DNA of 64,000 nucleotides from Phoronis australis. Its lineage: Eukaryota > Animalia > Phoronida. The position numbers and the translations under genes were made by a program. Under the pieces are notes generated by a model. The model saw only the letters and a program-made list of their open reading frames with translations. It was not told the origin of the DNA and searched no databases. Below, piece after piece: positions 13,026-25,790 of the stretch; the first letter of the stretch is position 1, and every line of letters starts with the position of its first letter. The DNA is taken from NCBI GenBank assembly GCA_002633005.1, contig NMRA01000077.1, positions 837,377-901,376 on the forward strand, written 5' to 3'.

Positions 13026-13533
13026 TGTTGTGAAACGTGACTTCCGGTAGTGACGCCACGTACAGTCAGATGAATCCTTTCTAAGTCGCTTACCAAGTGT
13101 CAAATGCCTCTCGGCCGAATGGCTTAAACGCTTAGTCGTCGTACGTGCAACCTGGCTTCAAGTCCCACCGGAGACACTGAAATTTTCTACATTGGCGCCA
13201 ACTAATCCACAATTAACCCCAAGCTGCGGATGGAGAGGGGGCGACCTGGTATTCGTGCATTCAGAACACAAAGAGAACGTTACTGAGGTCAAATTCCAGG
13301 ACGCTAAGGTGTTACTGAGATCCAAAAGCCAAGGAGCGCACCTGTTCCGGCATTCCGTGGAAGGGGAAGTAATGTTGTGAAACATGACTTTCGGTTGCGA
13401 CATGTACAGTCAGATAAAGCTTCGCTAAGTCGCTTGCCAAGTGGCAATTGCCTCTTGGCCAAATGGTTTAGACGCTAGGTCGTCGCACGTGCAACCTGGG
13501 TACAAGTCCCACCAGAGACACTGAAATTTTCTA
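13026..13533 (+). mobile_element. TRIM (miniature LTR element) with tRNA-like sequence in its LTRs, Helenus-like
   Basis: LTRs 13026-13191 and 13373-13533 (TGTTGTG...CTACA), PBS TGGCGCCAAC at 13193, PPT GGAAGGGGAAG at 13359, GTCA flanking both ends, A/B boxes in each LTR. Confidence 0.85.
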
Positions 13534-14007
13534 GTCACACAAACTTATTCCACTTGCAGCGACGCCGACGGTGTAGTTGTAAATTTAAACCACTTGCATC
13601 AGTGACATTCAAAAAAAATCTCCCTACTTATTTTTTAATGGTAAATTTACGTAAATGTGCTATCTAAAAGTTCCTACACATGCCCTTATTTCAATAAGTT
13701 TTGAAAGTTTTCCTTCCGTACCTTTTCAGCGACTGCAGGCGGCCATTTTTGTTCCGGGCAATAAAACAGAGAGGTCTGAGAAAGTTATCTAAAGAAAACT
13801 TTATAACTACTAATAATATTTGACAAAAAGTATAAGAATACCTGAAATTGACATTTAAATTATATTTTCATTTTAATATGTGTACATTGAATATATATAT
13901 ATTTGATCCTTTTATATTTCTATATTCAAATAGTCTTCATTTTAATTTATCCGAAACTACTTCCGATTGTAACCTTGGAATTTGAAAGTAAGATGAGCAG
14001 ATGAGCA

Positions 14008-14064
14008 ATGTCTGGCTCAAGAAATCCAAAAGATCTAAAACAGATGGTGGCATCAAGTCAGCAG
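14008..14064 (+). CDS. CCDC89: CCDC89 probable first coding exon
   Basis: MSGSRNPKDLKQMVASSQQ ending in CAG/gtttgt; phase 0 joins exon 26814 in frame. Confidence 0.65.
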
Positions 14065-14362
14065 GTTTGTTAGCTTTTGATATTCATCTGATACTACAGT
14101 TACCTCAAATTGTCCGATGAACAAACCTCGTTAATTGTTGCTGTTGCTGAGGACATAGGACGCTATTGTTGCTACCGTAATATCTGTAGCCAGAACTGGC
14201 AGGAGGCGCGCTTGTTCTGGGAAAGTGGAAAGAGTGTTCACTATAACTTCCTGGTGTGACAGTCCAATAAAGCCTCTCCAAGCTGCTCCCCAAGGCACCA
14301 TTTGCTTCTTTAGCCTAGCCTAACAGTTTGCTCTAGGGTCGCGCTAGACTTTTAAAAGTAGA

Positions 14363-16780
14363 CACCGGTGCCCTAAAGTCGTGAATATAAGCATAACCAT
14401 AAAAAGCAGCTGATTGCCATACTACCCAATGTCCGTTAGCAACTGCTCATGTGATGTCATGGACATATATCAGCCTTCACAAATATACGTGTTTTGCCAA
14501 TCTTAACCCTTGTTTGTCTCCGTAAGCAGAGTTTTGAAACGATCGCTGATATCGCCGGCCATTTTGAACGAGGCTGTCAAGTCGTGACCGTTTTGTTTAG
14601 ATGGAAATGCAGGAAGTAAGACCACACAAATGAACTACAGTGCTTTCAGTTATTCTAGATGATATAAAAACGCATTGCATTGTATACTGGGGAACCCAAT
14701 GTTCGTCCGCCTAAGCATAAAACCGACTTGCTGTTGTACTCACCGAATTATTCCACTTCAAAGTTATGATCTGAATAGGATTCGATTTAACTCTCACAGA
14801 TATACCGCATTCATCGATTCGGAAGTTTTCTTTAATTTGTGCCGAGTTATTTCAAATGTGCACTGCCTTCGGCAGCCATTTTATTGTGACACCTAAGTTC
14901 GTCATATGCTGCCCCCTTTTGTAAAAACTGAGAAACATGCAGAAAAAGGCCAACGAAGTAATGAAAATTGCAACAGCCTGTTTTTATTGACATAAACTCG
15001 ATTTGAAGCTTTGATGTTGAGCTCTGCACTGTGGTTTCCAATAAAAGCCAATTGGACAACATTTCAATGCAGTTTAATGGTGAACGTGAGGCAAAAATGT
15101 TAAGAACCCAGCGTATCGCATTTGTCTGCGGATTTTTCCTTTGGCCTTCTAGATCCTACTAGTGCCTGGGACAAACAGATACATTGCATAAACAAACCCT
15201 GGATCATGTTTTGTGTCCCGTCGGAAGAAAATTTAAATTCGAAAACATCTTCTGAAAACGCACAAAAAAGTGTATTAGTAAAATCTACTGATTTTTAAGT
15301 GGTTTTAAAAAACAATCGGTAAACTCACCGATTTTTGTCTCATTACTTTGATACGTGTCTCTTCCGATAAGTTAGTACCTAACGTGCACACGAGCACTCC
15401 AAATTGGAACGCTAAGTCCCGCGTGGTTGCGCTGCACGCGAAACAAGATGGCGGACGAACTTTGGAGCCTGACGAAAATAGGTAACCGGACTATATATTA
15501 ATTCAGTTGAAATTGAAATAAATTGTTATGTGTTTTGCACCCAACTTCGATGTGTACAGCTCGTTTTCAATGAGGTTGTTTACTATCCACCGGTGACCTA
15601 AAGTCGTGAATATAAGCATAATAAGCAGCTGATTGTCATACTACCCAATGTCCGTTTGCAACTACTTATGTGATGTCATGGACATATATCAGCCTTCACA
15701 AATATACGTGTTTTGACAATCTTAATCCTTGTTTGTATCCGTAAGCAGAGTTTTAAAGCAGTCGCTGATATCGCCGGCCATTTTGAATGAGGACCTAAAG
15801 TCGTGAACGTTTCATTTAAACGGAAATGCACGACGCAAGGCCACACAAGTCAACTGCAGTGCTTACAGTTACTCTAGATGACATAAAAATGCATTGCATT
15901 GCATTGTTTGTTAATTCAGTTTCAATTGAAATAAATTGTTATGTGTTTTGCACCCAACTTTAATGTGCACAGACGTTTTCAATGAGGTTGTTCACGTAAA
16001 ACGCTAAGAACCCAGCATCAATTATCGCTCTGTATTTTATTGTTTTGGCCTTACAAAACCCTGGGACATCTTGATACATTGTTCAAGCTACCCCTGGAGC
16101 GCGTGTTTGAGTAAATCTGAACGATAAATATTTTCGAAAATGTATCCCAAAAATGCACAAAAAAGTGAATTAGTGAAATATGCTGTTTTTAAGATACATT
16201 TGAAAAAAGAAGCCACTCACTCACTGTTTGTTATCATGTTGTGAATACAAACACGTCCGGGTATTCGTTTGACGTTCGTAAGCAGACAAACACTGGAAAC
16301 TTCAACGCCAGATGTTGCAGGACCGCGCAGAAGAGGAAATAAGATCGTTCACGACTTTAGGGCACTCACGACTTTAGGACCTCTGACGGTAGTACGTAAA
16401 TGCTAAGAACCCAGCATCAATTATCGCTCTGTATTTTATTGCTTTGGCCTTACAAAACTTGATCGACCCTGGGACATTTTGATGCATTGTTCAAGCCACC
16501 CCTGGAGCACCTGTTACAGCAAATCTGAACGATGGTTAGTTTTGAAAATATGTTCTGAAAATGCACAAAAAAGTGGATTAGTGAAATATGCTGTTTTTAA
16601 GATACATTTGTAAAAAGAGGCCACCCACTCAATGTTTATTTTCATATTGTGTATATCAACATGTCCGGGTATTCGCTTGACGTTCGTAAGCAGATGAATG
16701 CTGCAAGCTTCAACTAGATGTTGTGGGACAGCGCAGAAGAGGAAATAAGATCGTTCACGACTTTAGGACCTCCGACGGTA
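14363..16780. mobile_element. Non-autonomous TIR element(s), internally and tandemly duplicated
   Basis: CCTAAAGTCGTGAA at 14371, 15597 and 15794; inverse TTCACGACTTTAGG...GACGGTA at ~16348-16391 and ~16754-16780; duplicated bodies. Confidence 0.7.
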
Positions 16781-16970
16781 TATTAGCCAAAATGGCTAAG
16801 CCTTAAGTATCTGAAAACTTTTATCAATTTTCTAAAATTACTAGCCAATACTTTCTCTTTACCCTTGGCAATTATATTGCCCTGAATACCACAGGCATAA
16901 AGGCGATAGTTAATTAACATCCCCATAAAAGTTACTCATTTCAAAATACAGCAAATAAAATCAAATGATA

Positions 16971-18534
16971 CAATAGCGGATTTGCAGCGACGCCATATTG
17001 AAATTAGGTTAAAATGGTGCATTGTGGGTGCTGTGGTCAGGATTCCGAAAGCGGCCATAGTAACGAGCATAATACGCGGTATGAGCGCGAAGAAAACTTA
17101 CGGCTGATACACTTGGGTTCCTGGCTGCTTCAAAAACAACAACAAAAATCTGAATTGTTATGTGTTCCCTGCAAACCAAGAACTTCGTGAAAAATGGATA
17201 AACAACATTAGGAGAGCTGGGAGTAAGGGGAGATTTAGCGCATTCAAACCAACGCAGGGCTATCTAGTAGGCAACACGTAGCCCCTCGGTTGGCCATATA
17301 GGGGCTACAATACTCCCATTCGCTTTCTGTACTCATTTCGTTACTTCAGTGTATTTTAAACGGGCCGTGACCGGATTTGGGTTACCGATTTCGAGTTTTC
17401 ACCATGTCAAAAATACATTCTACACTTAAAACTATCGTTTAAAAAAACGCTTACTTTCATCATTGGTCCTTTCTACTTCTATACATATCTTTGATGAAGC
17501 GTAGTTGTGAGAATTAAGTTGACTTTGGCGAAGAATTAGAACTCCACTTTTTTGGTTGCCGTTAATTTTATCACTGCGTGAGCCGCGATAACTACAAAGC
17601 ATGTCAACTGAATCGGGTGAGTTCAGCAAAGGTTAGCGCGAGACTGAGCGAAGCGCGTGACGCTAGCGCGTGACGCCAGCGCGTGACGCCAGCGCGTGAC
17701 GCCAGCGCGTGACGTCGCCAGCGCGTGACGCTAGCACGCGACACTTGTAAAATAGCATGAGAAGGTATCGGGTGAAACTTGTAAGATGTGTGTCCCTTGG
17801 ATTTTTTATTCGTCAACATGTGTAATTTCATTAACTTCCTCAAAATGGCACCCGGTAACTGAGAGAAACTCGAGCAAACCGCGACAGATTTTCATCGCTT
17901 TGTTCAAGTTTTGCTGACTAAATTGTATCCAGAGTCGTGGTATGTGTTAATTATAACTCCGTGTTCCTACATGTATGGTTCATTTGATTTTATTTGTTGT
18001 ATTTTGAAATGAGTAACTTTTTGTGAGGATGTACTATCGCCCCTGAATGCCTGCAGCATCCAGTGCGATGTAATTGCCTAGGGGCCATCGTGTGTGCAGC
18101 GAACATTTTCCTGGTGAAAAAAAGACGTATGAGAACAACATTCCGACGGAGTTTCCTCTTAAAATTAACGTCTCTAGCATATCCACGGCGAAAGCTACAA
18201 AAGTTAAGCAACCCAAGAACTCTCAACTTGTCTGAAACCGTTCGAAATCAACGCCGATAGCCCCAATACTAAACATCATGACGACAGTTGTGCCCTCGGT
18301 CACACGGTCACTGATCATAGCTACGCTGTGTTTACAAACGAGAGAGAGGACTTGCTTGGTATTATAAAGCAAAAAAATGAAACATGGTTTTTAGTTTGCA
18401 AATCACTCCAAATGCACACACTATCCAGCCTGCTCAAGACATGCCTGACCACAAGCTATCCCATGAGCCTTCGCGCAGGAAGTAACTCGCACATGCGCAA
18501 TGCGTAGTTCGTTTGCGCTGCAAATCCGCTATTG
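16971..18534 (+). mobile_element. TIR DNA transposon remnant carrying a THAP-domain fragment
   Basis: 19-bp TIR CAATAGCGGATTTGCAGCG / CGCTGCAAATCCGCTATTG. 17081-17269 reads MSAKKTYG*YTWVPGCFKNNNKNLNCYVFPANQELREKWINNIRR...FKPTQGYLV and is then interrupted. Confidence 0.75.
17268..17960 (+). mobile_element. Dispersed repeat with TAGGCAACACGTAGCCCCTCGGTT terminus, inserted in the THAP element
   Basis: Inverse copies end at ~13005 and ~19839; contains a 12-bp (gcgtgacgccag)n expansion at 17653-17740. Confidence 0.65.
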
Positions 18535-18550
18535 CATATGTGCAATGTGC

Positions 18551-19839
18551 AGAGTTATAATTAACACATAGGCCTATCATGACTTTGGATACAATTTAGT
18601 CAACATACATATCCATGAAAATCTGTCACAGTTAGCTCGAGTTCCTCTGACTGGGCTGCCATTTTGAGGAAGGTGCGTGAAATCATGCTTGTTGACGACA
18701 GCTGTAATGGGACATAGGTGCAGCCAACTACCTTTTTGCTTTTCAATATAGCACCTACCCACCGTAAGTTATGGTATAGTGGGTCATAAGCGCACATAGT
18801 TGCAGCCAACCAACTTTTTACATTTTATCGTGGCAACCACCTTTTTTAATTTAATGTAGCGTCTACGCACCATAAGTGACGGTATATAGTGGAGCATAGT
18901 CTCTACACTATAGCTTACGGCATTGTTGTTGAACATCACGATCACCAGGCATACACTCTCCGAGTAATGGAATTTTTATGAATATTTCAAGATAAAGAAA
19001 CAGTTATGGTGTCACACCATAAGTGGATGAAGAGGGTCACGAAGGGCCCTGAGGACACACCCCACGGGCGACTGAAGTTGCCGCCAGCATATTGTTTCTA
19101 GGCGTTACGCTCCTATATTTTCCTTTATAATTGTGCATGGTTCCCCTTCAGAGACTGCTTGCATGGAAGGCACTCGGACCTTTGCCTTCAAAAATGTGTG
19201 GTTGAACCCTCTTTCTCCGACATCAGCCATTCTATGTAAATACCCACTTGTGAGTCAAAAAATAGGCCAACATGTTAGTGACTCAGGTTTTTGCGAGTTC
19301 AATGCACCTTTAACATTCAGGGCTCACAGTGATACGATGGGGTTTGGGCGCCTATTTACCTTTAATTTTACCGCTACAGCACTGGTTGACGAACCCAAAT
19401 CTTACAAATTTCACCTGATATCGTCCAATGCTATTGTGCAAGTGTCACGCGCCATGTCACGCACTTCACTCTCTTGATAGCCTTTGCCTAACTCACGTAA
19501 CTCAATTGAAATACTTTGTGATTATCAAGCGCACGGTGAAAAAGTTAACGGTGACCAAAAAAGTGGAGTTGTAATTCTTCTCCGAAGTCACCTTAATTCT
19601 CGTAGCTATGCTTCATCGAAGATTATGTGTAGAGGCAGAAAGGATCACTGAAGAAAGTAAGCACTTTTTTAAGTGATAGTTTTAAGAGCAGAATGTACTT
19701 TTGACGAGGTGAAATCTCGTAATCAGTGAGTGGATTTCGCCTTCCCTCGGTTTAAAATACACAGGACGAAATTAGTACAAAAAGCAATGGGAAGCATTGT
19801 AGCCCCTAACCAACGAACCGAGGGGCTACGCGTTGCCTA
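18551..19839 (-). mobile_element. Inverted copy of the 17268-17960 repeat with an internal insertion (~18670-19390)
   Basis: 18551-18672 and 19390-19839 align in reverse to 17836-17960 and 17268-17790. Confidence 0.6.
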
Positions 19840-20007
19840 TCTTTCCCCAATCCCCACAGTTGATAAAAAAACAGTTTCATGTACCAAATTTTTTATTTTT
19901 CATGCATAGGCTCTTTTTATAAATGTAGTGTAAGAGGTTTGCTTTAAGACAAAAAAACAAATTTGGCCATTTATGCAAAAATATCAAATTGGATATTCAT
20001 ATTCGTG

Positions 20008-20338
20008 CAAATGATACATTGGGCATCCTTGCCAGGCCTCCAAATTACTGCTAAGGAGTCCCAGTTACTGCTAGGGCGTCCAAGTTACTGCTAGTGCTTC
20101 CAAGTTACTGCTAGGGCGTCCCAGTTACTGCTAGGGCGTCCAACTTACTGCTAGGACATCCAAGTTACAGCCGGGGCGTCCAAGTTACTGCTGGGGCGTC
20201 CAAGTTACTGCCGGGGCGTCCAAGTTACTGCAGGGGCGTCCAAGTTACTGCCGGGGCGTCCAAGTTACTGCCGGGGCGTCCAAGTTACTGCTAGGACGTC
20301 CAAATGGATGCCCAGGACGTACGCTGCATGAAAGCCTG
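20008..20338. repeat. 20-bp minisatellite (ccaagttactgccggggcgt)n, about 13 copies, inside a short dispersed repeat
   Basis: The same flanks (aaatgatacattggg...cccaggacgt.gctgcat.aa.gcctg) occur unexpanded at ~10515-10607 and ~58063-58154. Confidence 0.9.
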
Positions 20339-20399
20339 GTTCCCTGATCGGGGTTTTCAAATGGCGAACAGTTTCGCCTATATAAGTGGAGCCACATCC

Positions 20400-21815
20400 C
20401 GCACAGATAAATTTAAATTTCACTCACAATTTCATTTTTTTCATCTGCTTAAATTAATCAACCAATTTTTACAGCTCAATATGCTGTAGTTTTGCTTGCA
20501 GGTTTTCTTGGTCCAGTCTCATTACCGGCTGGACTGAGTGTGCTGCGACCTCATCAAACTTGCGGAATCGGAATATTTCGTAAGTTCTTTCACTTTTTCT
20601 TCAAAGACCGTTTCTTCTGTTCACATTTTCTATGCCTGTTTTCATGCTGTTCACTGTTCAAAATCCATTATGTTGTCTTGTACCGTTAAGTTAAGCTTTT
20701 TACTGTCAAGAAATCTGTTATGCTGTCACATAACACTCCCCATTGTGATGTGAGTCCTTTTTGGTACCCATCGGTAGCCAGCCCAAGTAAAATGGAGACA
20801 GAAGTTTTTGGTTTTGAGTCGCAAATATTGTCTGATTGCCTTCAGTGAGAACCTTGATGTTCTTAATGAGGAGTAAGAACTAAAACAGGAAAGTTTGCCT
20901 TAAATTTAAACACGATAGACCGTTGCGAGTAGGCTGTCAGATATAGTGTTCGCAGGGCAACGCTCGTCCAGTCAAGACAAGTGGATGGTAAAAGAAAATT
21001 TAACCGTTTCTGAATAGTGAAAAGCACAACAAACTAGAACGGACATCGGAAAGATGAACATAAAAAGCATTGCTTGTAGAAAACGTTAAAAACTTATGAA
21101 ATTTGTTGAGTTTCGGGATGCTCTGATGACGTCATTGCTCACTTGGCCTGGGGCACTGGGAAACAGGACTGAGTAAACCTGCAAGCAAAACTACTATATT
21201 TTTGAGTGATGCTTTAAAGACTCGTCAAAGGGGTGCTTGATTTGTTGGAGCTGCTGAGTACATTTCAACTTTTCATTTAGCATCAACCTTATGGTCTGGT
21301 CTCATCGGTACCGGTAGCGATTCAAAGTAAAATGAAGAGAGAAACTTTTGGGTTTGGGCCGCAAATAGTGCCACGTCTGACTGCCTTCGGTAGGATCCTT
21401 AAGGTTGTAATAACCAAAACTGACGAAAGTATCCCTTAATTTTTAAAACTTTGATAGACCGTTGAGAGTAGGCTGTCAGACATAGTATCCGTGGCGTAAT
21501 GCTCGTCCAGTTGAGGCAAGTGGACAGTATAAGAAAATTTAACCATTTTTGAATAGTGAAAAGTACGACAAATGAGAGCAGACATCGAAAAGATGAACAG
21601 AAAAGAGCTGTGTTTGTAGGAAACTTCAAAAAATTATGAGATTTGTCGAGTTCCGATAGGCTCTGATCAGTCTGATGACGTTACGGCTAGTTCACTCTGG
21701 CCAAGGCAGTGGGAGACCAGAAGGAGTAAACATGCAAGCAAAACTACTGAGTGATACTAGAGACACGTTAAAGGGGTGCTTGATTACCGATAGTTTTTGC
21801 TGCTGAATACATTTT
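20400..21815. repeat. Composite palindromic and direct duplication of a dispersed repeat
   Basis: 20770-21270 matches 21310-21815 directly; 20490-20700 matches 20990-21200 inverted; a further fragment lies at 22545-22640. Confidence 0.6.
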
Positions 21816-21823
21816 AATTGGAA

Positions 21824-22503
21824 TTAAGGTCACTATCTATCTTTGTTACCAAAGATTTGATTTTTTAAAAACGAACTTTTGAACTATTAATTGTAGACTG
21901 ATAAAAGTATATATTTTTTAAATCATTGCATGTCACAGAATCTTACTGAGTGCAAAGCACAATGTTCAGAGTACATTCGTGATCACGTGTCTGCATTTTT
22001 CTAAAAAAGTTGCATTTTTACAGGGATGGCCCTATTTTCCATAAACTTAATTTTTTTTTGCTCGAAACTTGCTAATTTTGTTTCTTTGTTCTATTAGGTA
22101 CATAACATTGTCTGGGATTTTATTTAAGGTCTCTTAGCTTGACAAATCCACTGTCAAAAATCAAGACGTCAACATTTTTGAAAAAAACGGTAGTCTTGAT
22201 TTTTGATATTGGATTTCTCGGGCTCAAAGGCCGTAAAAGAAAATCCCAGACACCGTTTTGTAACTAATCAAACAAAAACAGAATTTGCAGGTTCTGAGCG
22301 AAAAAAAATTGTGGAAAGTCCAGCAATATCCATGAAAAATTGTGATTTTTTAATAAAAATACAGCCCTCAGAACATTGTTTCATGCATTAAATAAGATTC
22401 TCTGATTCCCAAGGATTTTAAAAATATATATTATATGGGTTTACTATTATTGTTGAAAAATTAGTTTGAAAAAATGTTCAATAAAGGTAGACAGTGACCT
22501 TAA
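21824..22503. mobile_element. Kolobok-like palindromic MITE with TTAA TSD
   Basis: ttaaGGTCACTATCTATC ... GGTAGACAGTGACCttaa, with a long internal inverted repeat. Confidence 0.8.
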
Positions 22504-23859
22504 TTATTTTTCATGGAATACGTCTGTCTGGCCCATCACATATCTGTAGCCAGCCCAAGTAAAATCCAAAGAGAAACTTAATAATGGTTTTGAGCCTCAA
22601 ATAATGTTTGACTGCCTTTGGTGGGAACCTTAAGGTTGAAAAATTGAGTGTAATCTGTAGTTATAAAAATAGGGCTTTAATTTTTTGCCAGTGGTCTTGG
22701 TACTGTAATGTAAGCAATTTTTTTTATTCTCACAATACAGAAAAGCGTCCATTTCATATCAGTTAATACCAACCCAGAGCCTCATTCAAAATTTCCCTTT
22801 CTATAGTGTAGTGTTCTGTGTGATTCTGACCTTCCACCTAAAATAGATACATTTATAGTAGTGTTCTGTGTGATTCTGACCTTCCACCTAAAATAGATAC
22901 ATCTATAGTAGGTCTGATGCATTATTGCAGAAGGGTTTTTCAGTTACTACACCACTAGAAGCTTGGAATTTACTAAAAAAATTTTAAATATTGGTCAGTT
23001 ACTTGTAAAACAAATCAATATTCAGATCCAATTGATTTCAACATAACTAAAATCTTTGGGTTTGATTTGTTAACTGTGTCCTTGCCTTTTAGAAGATGTG
23101 TCTGAACAGAGCAAACTCCTCACTTTTATGACCAGGGGATGTTTGTTTGAAAACTTGTTACAGTTGGTATCAATTCCTGTGGCACATACTGAGTGATCAC
23201 CTTTCACTTCAAACGAGCTAGTCTATAGGCTCCTGAGTCAAGAAATATTGAATGTAGAAGTGCTTCTATTAGTCACGATGAATTTGAAAGGAACTTCAGC
23301 TGTTAAACCTGACTACTATAGATACCCAATTGAAGAGATCTGAAAATAGTGCAGGTCGTGGCTAAACAAATTAAAAAATGGTGGAAAAGAGAGGTGATAA
23401 TTTAAAGATGGTGAAAAAGAGAGGTGATAATTTAAAGATAGTGCAGTCATGGTCTGACATAAAAAGAGTGTGCATAAGCCCATGCAGCACCGTGCAGTTA
23501 ACGTAGTTGGGCACCAGTGTTGAAAAGCCATCGACACCGATACTTGAACCATGAACTCTGCTAAAGTTCACTGTCCAAGACCATGAAATTCCACAATGCC
23601 CGCGTAGTCCTGCTGCTCATCTTGTCATGAAACTTAGTAGAGCTAACAACTGCATTAGGTGCATTAAGATCTGAGAGTCAATGGCCAATCACTTTGCCTG
23701 TTACATTTAGTGAAAATTAATCCTATCAATGTCATTTTCATTAATTCTCTAGCTTTTTTTGTAACAAAGAAACATCTGTCGTTGACTTGAATATGCTCAT
23801 GATATTTGTACGCGATATTTGGATTCATTTTTTGCAGCATCCAGAGCCTTCGCTCACCT

Positions 23860-24126
23860 GAAGGGAATGGTACCTGTGCCTTTTGAGAAAAGAATTTTTA
23901 GTTGAGGGGAGAATACGGCTGTCCTGGATTACACTACTATAGAACTCTCCTTGTCCCAGAGATAAGAAAGTGTGTGACCTAGTTTTGGAAATCAGCGCAT
24001 TTTCGCGTCTGTTATTCATGTCTGGAAGATGAAGAATTTCAGATCACGTATCCACAGGTATTTGTCCAGTTTATTGAACTTTTTCATGTCGGAGTTGCAG
24101 CCTGCAGCACAGCCATAATACTTCAT
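23860..24126 (-). pseudogene. Degenerate THAP-like fragment, probably transposon-derived
   Basis: MKYYGCAAGCNS...LKFFIF(P) followed by frameshifted RRENALISKT; the CxxxC...FxFP pattern of THAP domains. Confidence 0.45.
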
Positions 24127-24602
24127 TGGCAGTGGAAGGACGAATAAAGTAATGCAACCGAGAAAAACTTGTAAAGAACCAGACAACAACAAAAACGTGA
24201 AACTCAAGTGACAAGAAAACAGGGCTGCAAATGTGCCTGATGGAAGTTTACGGCATTGTGGGTAAATTCAGCGAGATTTGAGTGTCGCTATGTGATCCGA
24301 GACAGCCCTGTTCTTCTCTCCCTGGTCGCTACCAATTCCAACCCTCATCTGCAATGCCTCAACTAGCCAAAACCTAACATTTTGCATGAGTTATTCTTGC
24401 CGTGACCAAAAATTTTTAATCATTGGAAGAGGACTTTGAGGCCTGATAACAGGAATATCGATTGAATTCTAAATATTTTTCATAGTGTAATTGGGACTTT
24501 GGAGGCCCAGTGGCCAGTTGCATGAATTGGTTTCAAATACGAACTCAACTAAGGTACCTTAGTTTTTTTGCGTATTTGTATTTTTATGGAGTTCTTTGAT
24601 GG

Positions 24603-24992
24603 AACAGATAAAGTTTGAGTCTAATACTGGAATAAAAACTTAAAAAAATTAGCGATGTTGCATCCGCATCTCACGGACTTCAGCTTAGCTTGTGACGTTA
24701 TCATTATTCTAGACAATTGGTGGCATTTCGATCAGACGACACGGCATTGATGTCAGAACACCATCCCATACGTGTGACAAATCGAATCTTAAACCGCCTC
24801 TTTTATGTAAAGAGGCACTCTCAATGCGCTCATGGAGAGCTTCCTTTACACCCCTTCTGAACCAGGCTTCCTCACAGTCTAGGATAGTGACATCATCAGT
24901 ATTGAAATAATGTCCAGTGGCGCACAGGTGGCTAAAATTAGCCGATTCATAAGTCTCCCCTGTAACTAGAGCGACAATGTTGTGACATACGC
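24603..24992 (-). mobile_element. Penelope-like fragment (family 2; GIY-YIG C-terminus + 3' end)
   Basis: Homologous to 46910-47300; truncated where the HINE begins. Confidence 0.8.
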
Positions 24993-25790
24993 ATTTTTAT
25001 GCGCTCACATATTTATATGTGGATGCATTATGCCATTATCTCTGTCCGTCTGTCCGTCCGGTGTCTGTCCATCCGGCGTCCACTACTCTATCTCCAAAAC
25101 GCCTGGACGTATGTTCATTAAATTTTGCACATGTGTTTCTTCCGTGGATGGGACGGCGTGAGTGAACTTTCGGATGGATCCGACTACCGTTGTGCCCCCT
25201 AGTGGCAATTTTAGTTTTTTACGTTACCTCTGTATCTTCAAAAGTCTTGAATGGATTGTCATTAAATTTGATATATAGGCACCTATTTGTGAGATGACGC
25301 TATCCTCCCGTTTTCAGATGGATTTTACATAGTTTGCGCCACCTAGTGGCCATTTTTACTGTTTTCGAGTCTTTTTTTGCGTCCACCCCTCTATCAACCA
25401 AACCGCTCAAAGGATGATTGTCAAAATTGGTGTATATGTTCTTACTATGATGTGGACGGCTGATGATGTTTTTCCAACGAGTTCGTCTGCTGTGGCACCT
25501 CCTAGCGGCAGTTTTCTTTTTTTTGTGCCTATGGCTGTATCCCCTAAACCATTTGCAGGATCTTTACAAAATTTAGTAAGTGTATTTATATGAGGTTAAC
25601 AGCGGAGGACGACGACTTTCAGACGAATCTGGCTACTGGTGTGTCACCTAGTGGCAATTTTATTTTTTTTTACATTTACCTTTGTATGTTCAAAGGTCCT
25701 CGAGGTATTTTCTTAAAATGTGGCATACAGGCATCTGTTAACGAGATGATGCTAGATCTCTCCGTTTTCAGGTGGATTAATATCACATGT
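24993..25790 (+). mobile_element. Helentron-type HINE copy
   Basis: tttttatgcgctcacatatttatatgtgg start, (tccg/tctg)n tract, subunits containing gcgccacctagtggcc. Confidence 0.7.
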
